From: Octopus bimaculoides
Taxonomy: Eukaryota
DNA length: 54,273 bases
Assembly: GCF_001194135.2 (NCBI RefSeq)
Contig: NC_069003.1
Location: forward strand, 33,508,556-33,562,828
Direction: 5' to 3'
Part shown: in pieces, positions 50,801 to 54,273 of the stretch
How the letters are laid out: the number at the start of each line of letters is the position of its first letter
Position numbering within the stretch: the stretch's first letter is position 1
Made by a program: the position numbers and the translations under genes
Notes under the pieces: generated by a model
Told to the model about the DNA's origin: nothing
Database searches by the model: none
Seen by the model: only the letters and a program-made list of their open reading frames with translations

Positions 50801-51124
50801 ACCTCCATCAGTCACGAATTACCATGGGATTACACCTAGAAAGTTACCCTCCGAGACACAAGCCCGGGCAAGGTTGTTTATGGAAGACCAGCAGTCGACC
50901 ATGAAAACCAGCATCCCCTCTCTGTTATTATCCGAGGGAAAGGCAAAGGCTGATACAGCTTGGCACCAGTGATGGTTTAACTCGTTTCGACAGATGAGTG
51001 AACTGGAGCAACGTGAAATAAAGTGTCTTGCTCAAGAACACAACACACAGCCCAGTCTGAGAATCGAACTCACCACCTCATGACTGTGAGTCCGATGCTC
51101 TAACGATTAAGCCACGCGCCTTCA
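50800..51124 (-). mobile_element. SINE family H copy
   Basis: Head gaaggcgcgtggcttaatcgttagagcatcggactcacagtcatgaggtggtggagttcgattctc. Confidence 0.85.
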
Positions 51125-51775
51125 AATACATTATAGTTTTACAAGAATAGTGTCGACATTGACTTCAAAGTTTAGACCTGCTCTACCTTTATTGCACTGT
51201 CGGCCTGATGAGGTCTAAGCAAGCTGGAACTTCGAAGTCACTGTCAACAGTTTTCTTGCAAAAGAACAATAAATATGTGATGTATAAAAGCATTGAATAA
51301 ATTCTTCAGTTTAATATAAAATTGTTTTTATTATAACTCGACATGGAAAATAAACAATATTATATATATATATATGTATATATGATTATGTAGTTAAGAT
51401 TAAAATTCAAACTGTGTCCTTTTGAAGCACATCGGCTTTTTTTAGTATTACAAATGTGTTGTAGATTTTATATGTCTGTGAAGTATGCAAAATAGTCGAA
51501 AGTAATGGAAAATATTTTCTGCAAGTAATAATATCAAAAGAGGAGATTGGAATTTTTTTGGGTATTATTTATTCTCTATTACACGTGTTTCATTTGCTAA
51601 TTGGAGTTATAAAATTGCACATGTAATAGAAAATATGTAATATGTCTGCTATAAAAAATTCTTCAGACGTTCTCGTTCTGAAGAATTTCTAATTGGAAAT
51701 TTCTTATATGTGTATCCTACATGTAAATTCATATATGTGTGTGTTTGTATACATGTCTGTCTATATGTATGTATG

Positions 51776-51809
<34 letters not shown>

Positions 51810-51865
51810 TGTATGTATGTATGTATGTATGTATGTATGTATGTATGTATGTGTGTGCGTGTGTG

Positions 51866-51896
<31 letters not shown>

Positions 51897-52073
51897 GTGT
51901 GTGGATATATATACGAATTATTTTTCTTTTATCAAGCTTGGTGTGAAAATAAAATAAATATGTCACTTGGTTGAAAGTTATTGAATGGTGCTTACATTTA
52001 GTGTTCGGTTATATAATACAACTGTGCATAAACCAAACACTATACATACATACATACATGCATNNNNNNNNNN

Positions 52074-52138
<65 letters not shown>

Positions 52139-52203
52139 GAGGGAGAGAGAGATAAAACTTACTTGGAAAAGAATGTGTGGCGTTCGATCATATAATAGCA
52201 TAA

Positions 52204-52745
52204 ATAATATATAAATATATGCATATATCCATACATATATGTACCTACCTACATATATATTATATATACATGCATATATGGGTACAGGACATCAAAAAAG
52301 TGTTAAACACAATGAGAAACGAAAATATAAAGACGAAAACATAGAAAACGAACTTTTTTTTTTAAGAACGAATAAAAGAAACAGGGAAACGAGACATGCA
52401 ACATAAAGAATCTTTCCCTTCATCAGTTGTCCCTGTTTCATCTACTCCGCGTTTCGAAGGTAAGGACAAATACATACAAACATACCTTCGAAACGTGGAG
52501 TAGGTGAAACAGGGACAACTGATGAAGGGAATGATCTTTATGTTGAATGTCTCGTTTCTCAGTTTGTTTTTTTCGTTGTTAAAAAAATAGTTCGTTTTCT
52601 ATGTTTTCGCATTTATGTTTTCGTTTCTCATTGTGTTTCACGTTTTTTGTGATGTCCTGTACCCATATATGCATGTATATACACATATATATATATGTAG
52701 GTATGTACATATATGTATGTATATATGCATATATTTTTATATTAT
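52204..52745. repeat. Long foldback inverted repeat (~260-bp arms, 20-nt spacer 52463-52482)
   Basis: ...catcagttgtccctgtttcatctactccgcgtttcgaaggta | taccttcgaaacgtggagtaggtgaaacagggacaactgatg...; complementarity continues out to the flanking tatatgcatatattt segments. Confidence 0.85.
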
Positions 52746-53584
52746 ATATATATACATAAATATATCTATATATATATATATATATATAGATATGCAGGGC
52801 AGGGAATCGTCAATTAGTAATANNNNNNNNNNNNNNNNNNNNNNNNNNNNNNNNNNNNNNNNNNNNNNNNNNNNNNNNNNNNNNNNNNNNNNNNNNNNNN
52901 NNNNNNNNNNNNNNNNNNNNNNNNNNNNNNNNNNNNNNNNNNNNNNNNNNNNNNNNNNNNNNNNNNNNNNNNNNNNNNNNNNNNNNNNNNNNNNNNNNNN
53001 NNNNNNNNNNNNNNNNNNNNNNNNNNNNNNNNNNNNNNNNNNNNNNNNNNNNNNNNNNNNNNNNNNNNNNNNNNNNNNNNNNNNNNNNNNNNNNNNNNNN
53101 NNNNNNNNNNNNNNNNNNNNNNNNNNNNNNNNNNNNNNNNNNNNNNNNNNNNNNNNNNNNNNNNNNNNNNNNNNNNNNNNNNNNNNNNNNNNNNNNNNNN
53201 NNNNNNNNNNNNNNNNNNNNNNNNNNNNNNNNNNNNNNNNNNNNNNNNNNNNNNNNNNNNNNNNNNNNNNNNNNNNNNNNNNNNNNNNNNNNNNNNNNNN
53301 NNNNNNNNNNNNNNNNNNNNNNNNNNNNNNNNNNNNNNNNNNNNNNNNNNNNNNNNNNNNNNNNNNNNNNNNNNNNNNNNNNNNNNNNNNNNNNNNNNNN
53401 NNNNNNNNNNNNNNNNNNNNNNNNNNNNNNNNNNNNNNNNNNNNNNNNNNNNNNNNNNNNNNNNNNNNNNNNNNNNNNNNNNNNNNNNNNNNNNNNNNNN
53501 NNNNNNNNNNNNNNNNNNNNNNNNNNNNNNNNNNNNNNNNNNNNNNNNNNNNNNNNNNNNCTTTTTCTTTTTCCGAAGTGTTGA

Positions 53585-53590
53585 TTTATT
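53585..53590 (-). terminator. AATAAA polyadenylation hexamer ~18 nt after the stop of the claudin-like paralogue
   Basis: tttatt on the plus strand at 53585-53590. Confidence 0.4.
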
Positions 53591-53607
53591 AAATTTTTTG
53601 TTTTTCT

Positions 53608-53765
53608 TTACTTTAAATCATGATCGTCTTGTTGGCCCCATCGAATGAAGCTGGCAGCGATGATACAAAACGCTCCGCCGAAGCCGGTCACGCTTGGAGC
53701 CCAGGCAATCTGCTTCGTCTTGGTTTTGCCGACCAAAATGATGATTCCAAGCAGAATGAAGATTC
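53608..53765 (-). CDS. Terminal exon of a second claudin-like tetraspan gene (likely tandem paralogue); upstream exons lie beyond the window end
   Basis: Acceptor actttttctctaaccttatAG|ga, phase 1. Encodes (G)IFILLGIIILVGKTKTKQIAWAPSVTGFGGAFCIIAASFIRWGQQDDHDLK*: two hydrophobic helices with a short loop, and the same intron position and phase (inside TM3) as exon 3 at 14011. Confidence 0.7.
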
Positions 53766-54060
53766 CTATAAGGTTAGAGAAAAAGTTGACATTGATTCCG
53801 TATACATAAATACATACATGCATACATACATGCATACATACAAACATACATACATACATACACACATACATACATACGCACATACATATATTCATACATA
53901 CATGCATACATACACACATACACAGACACATACATACATACAAATATATATATACAAACATACATACATACACACAAATATACATACACACACACACTTG
54001 TGCGCGCGCGTGTGTGTGTATGTGTGCGTGTGGGTGTACACATATACACATGCGGGGTGT

Positions 54061-54266
54061 GGTGCTGAAAAGTTCCTGGCTTTGGGTAAAGGAAAATAAA
54101 GGAGGTTCAGTTAATTATGATTTTATTCAACATATTCCCCTCTCAGATTCACACACTTATTGCAGCGGTCCTTCAGTTTTTCTAAGCCCTGTAAAAGAAC
54201 TGGGAAGGGTTGGGCCTTCAACCAGGCCTTTCGTGACACCTTTAAAGCCAAGAACCTTTCAGCGCC
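54061..54266 (-). mobile_element. Mariner-derived MITE retaining the transposase C-terminus
   Basis: TIRs gtgctgaaaagttcctggcttt / aaagccaagaacctttcagcgc; the minus strand encodes LQGLEKLKDRCNKCVNLRGEYVE* (stop 54123-25). Confidence 0.8.
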
Positions 54267-54273
54267 CACTTAT

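Larger units (their letters stand above)
1..54273. repeat. Pervasive microsatellites ((TA)n, (CA)n, (GA)n, (CAT)n, (AAT)n, (TATG)n) and about 14 large N gaps, usually flanked by them
   Basis: Examples: 1775-1860, 15310-15365, 15445-15495, 34750-34860, 51770-51890; gaps at 2220-2850, 24505-25388, 52823-53560. Confidence 0.95.

Noticed and set aside
51161-51246. Hammerhead at cctgatgaggtct...gaacttcgaagtc with a partial inverted copy upstream
   Set aside because: Stem II and GAAA need about four corrections and stem I is poorly paired; at best a heavily decayed Penelope-like remnant
52483-52530. Permuted (type II) hammerhead in the foldback arm
   Set aside because: GAAAC..GUA and CUGAUGA are present, but stem I does not pair and stem II is marginal
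585-54099. Most ORFs in the track ([20 protein letters not shown] and poly-X ORFs)
   Set aside because: They are translations of microsatellites, SINEs or N gaps, with no domain-like content

Overview
AT-rich, microsatellite- and SINE-dense eukaryotic genomic DNA with about 14 large N gaps (~7.9 kb, ~15% of the window). The repeat landscape looks cephalopod/octopus-like (inference). All real genes are on the minus strand. (1) The first coding exon of a BMP5-8/gbb-type TGF-beta ligand (3256-2851), cut off by a gap. (2) A complete three-exon, 247-aa claudin/PMP22-clan four-pass membrane protein (34548-34341, 22168-21992, 14011-13653), with phase-compatible splice sites and a cytoplasmic tail carrying two PY motifs. 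(3) The terminal exon of a likely tandem paralogue (53765-53608). The rest is mobile-element material: several tRNA-derived SINE families, RTE-type non-autonomous repeats, hAT/piggyBac/mariner MITEs, and decayed Penelope-like (GIY-YIG), Helitron helicase, mariner and RTE-X coding relics. The most unusual signal is a tRNA-headed SINE family (5 copies or fragments) whose 3' half carries a Penelope-type minimal hammerhead ribozyme motif. Further hammerhead-like motifs, a Penelope-like relic and several long foldback inverted repeats also occur. Nearly all ORFs in the supplied track are microsatellite or gap artefacts. Repeat boundaries were read by eye and are approximate unless TSDs are given.
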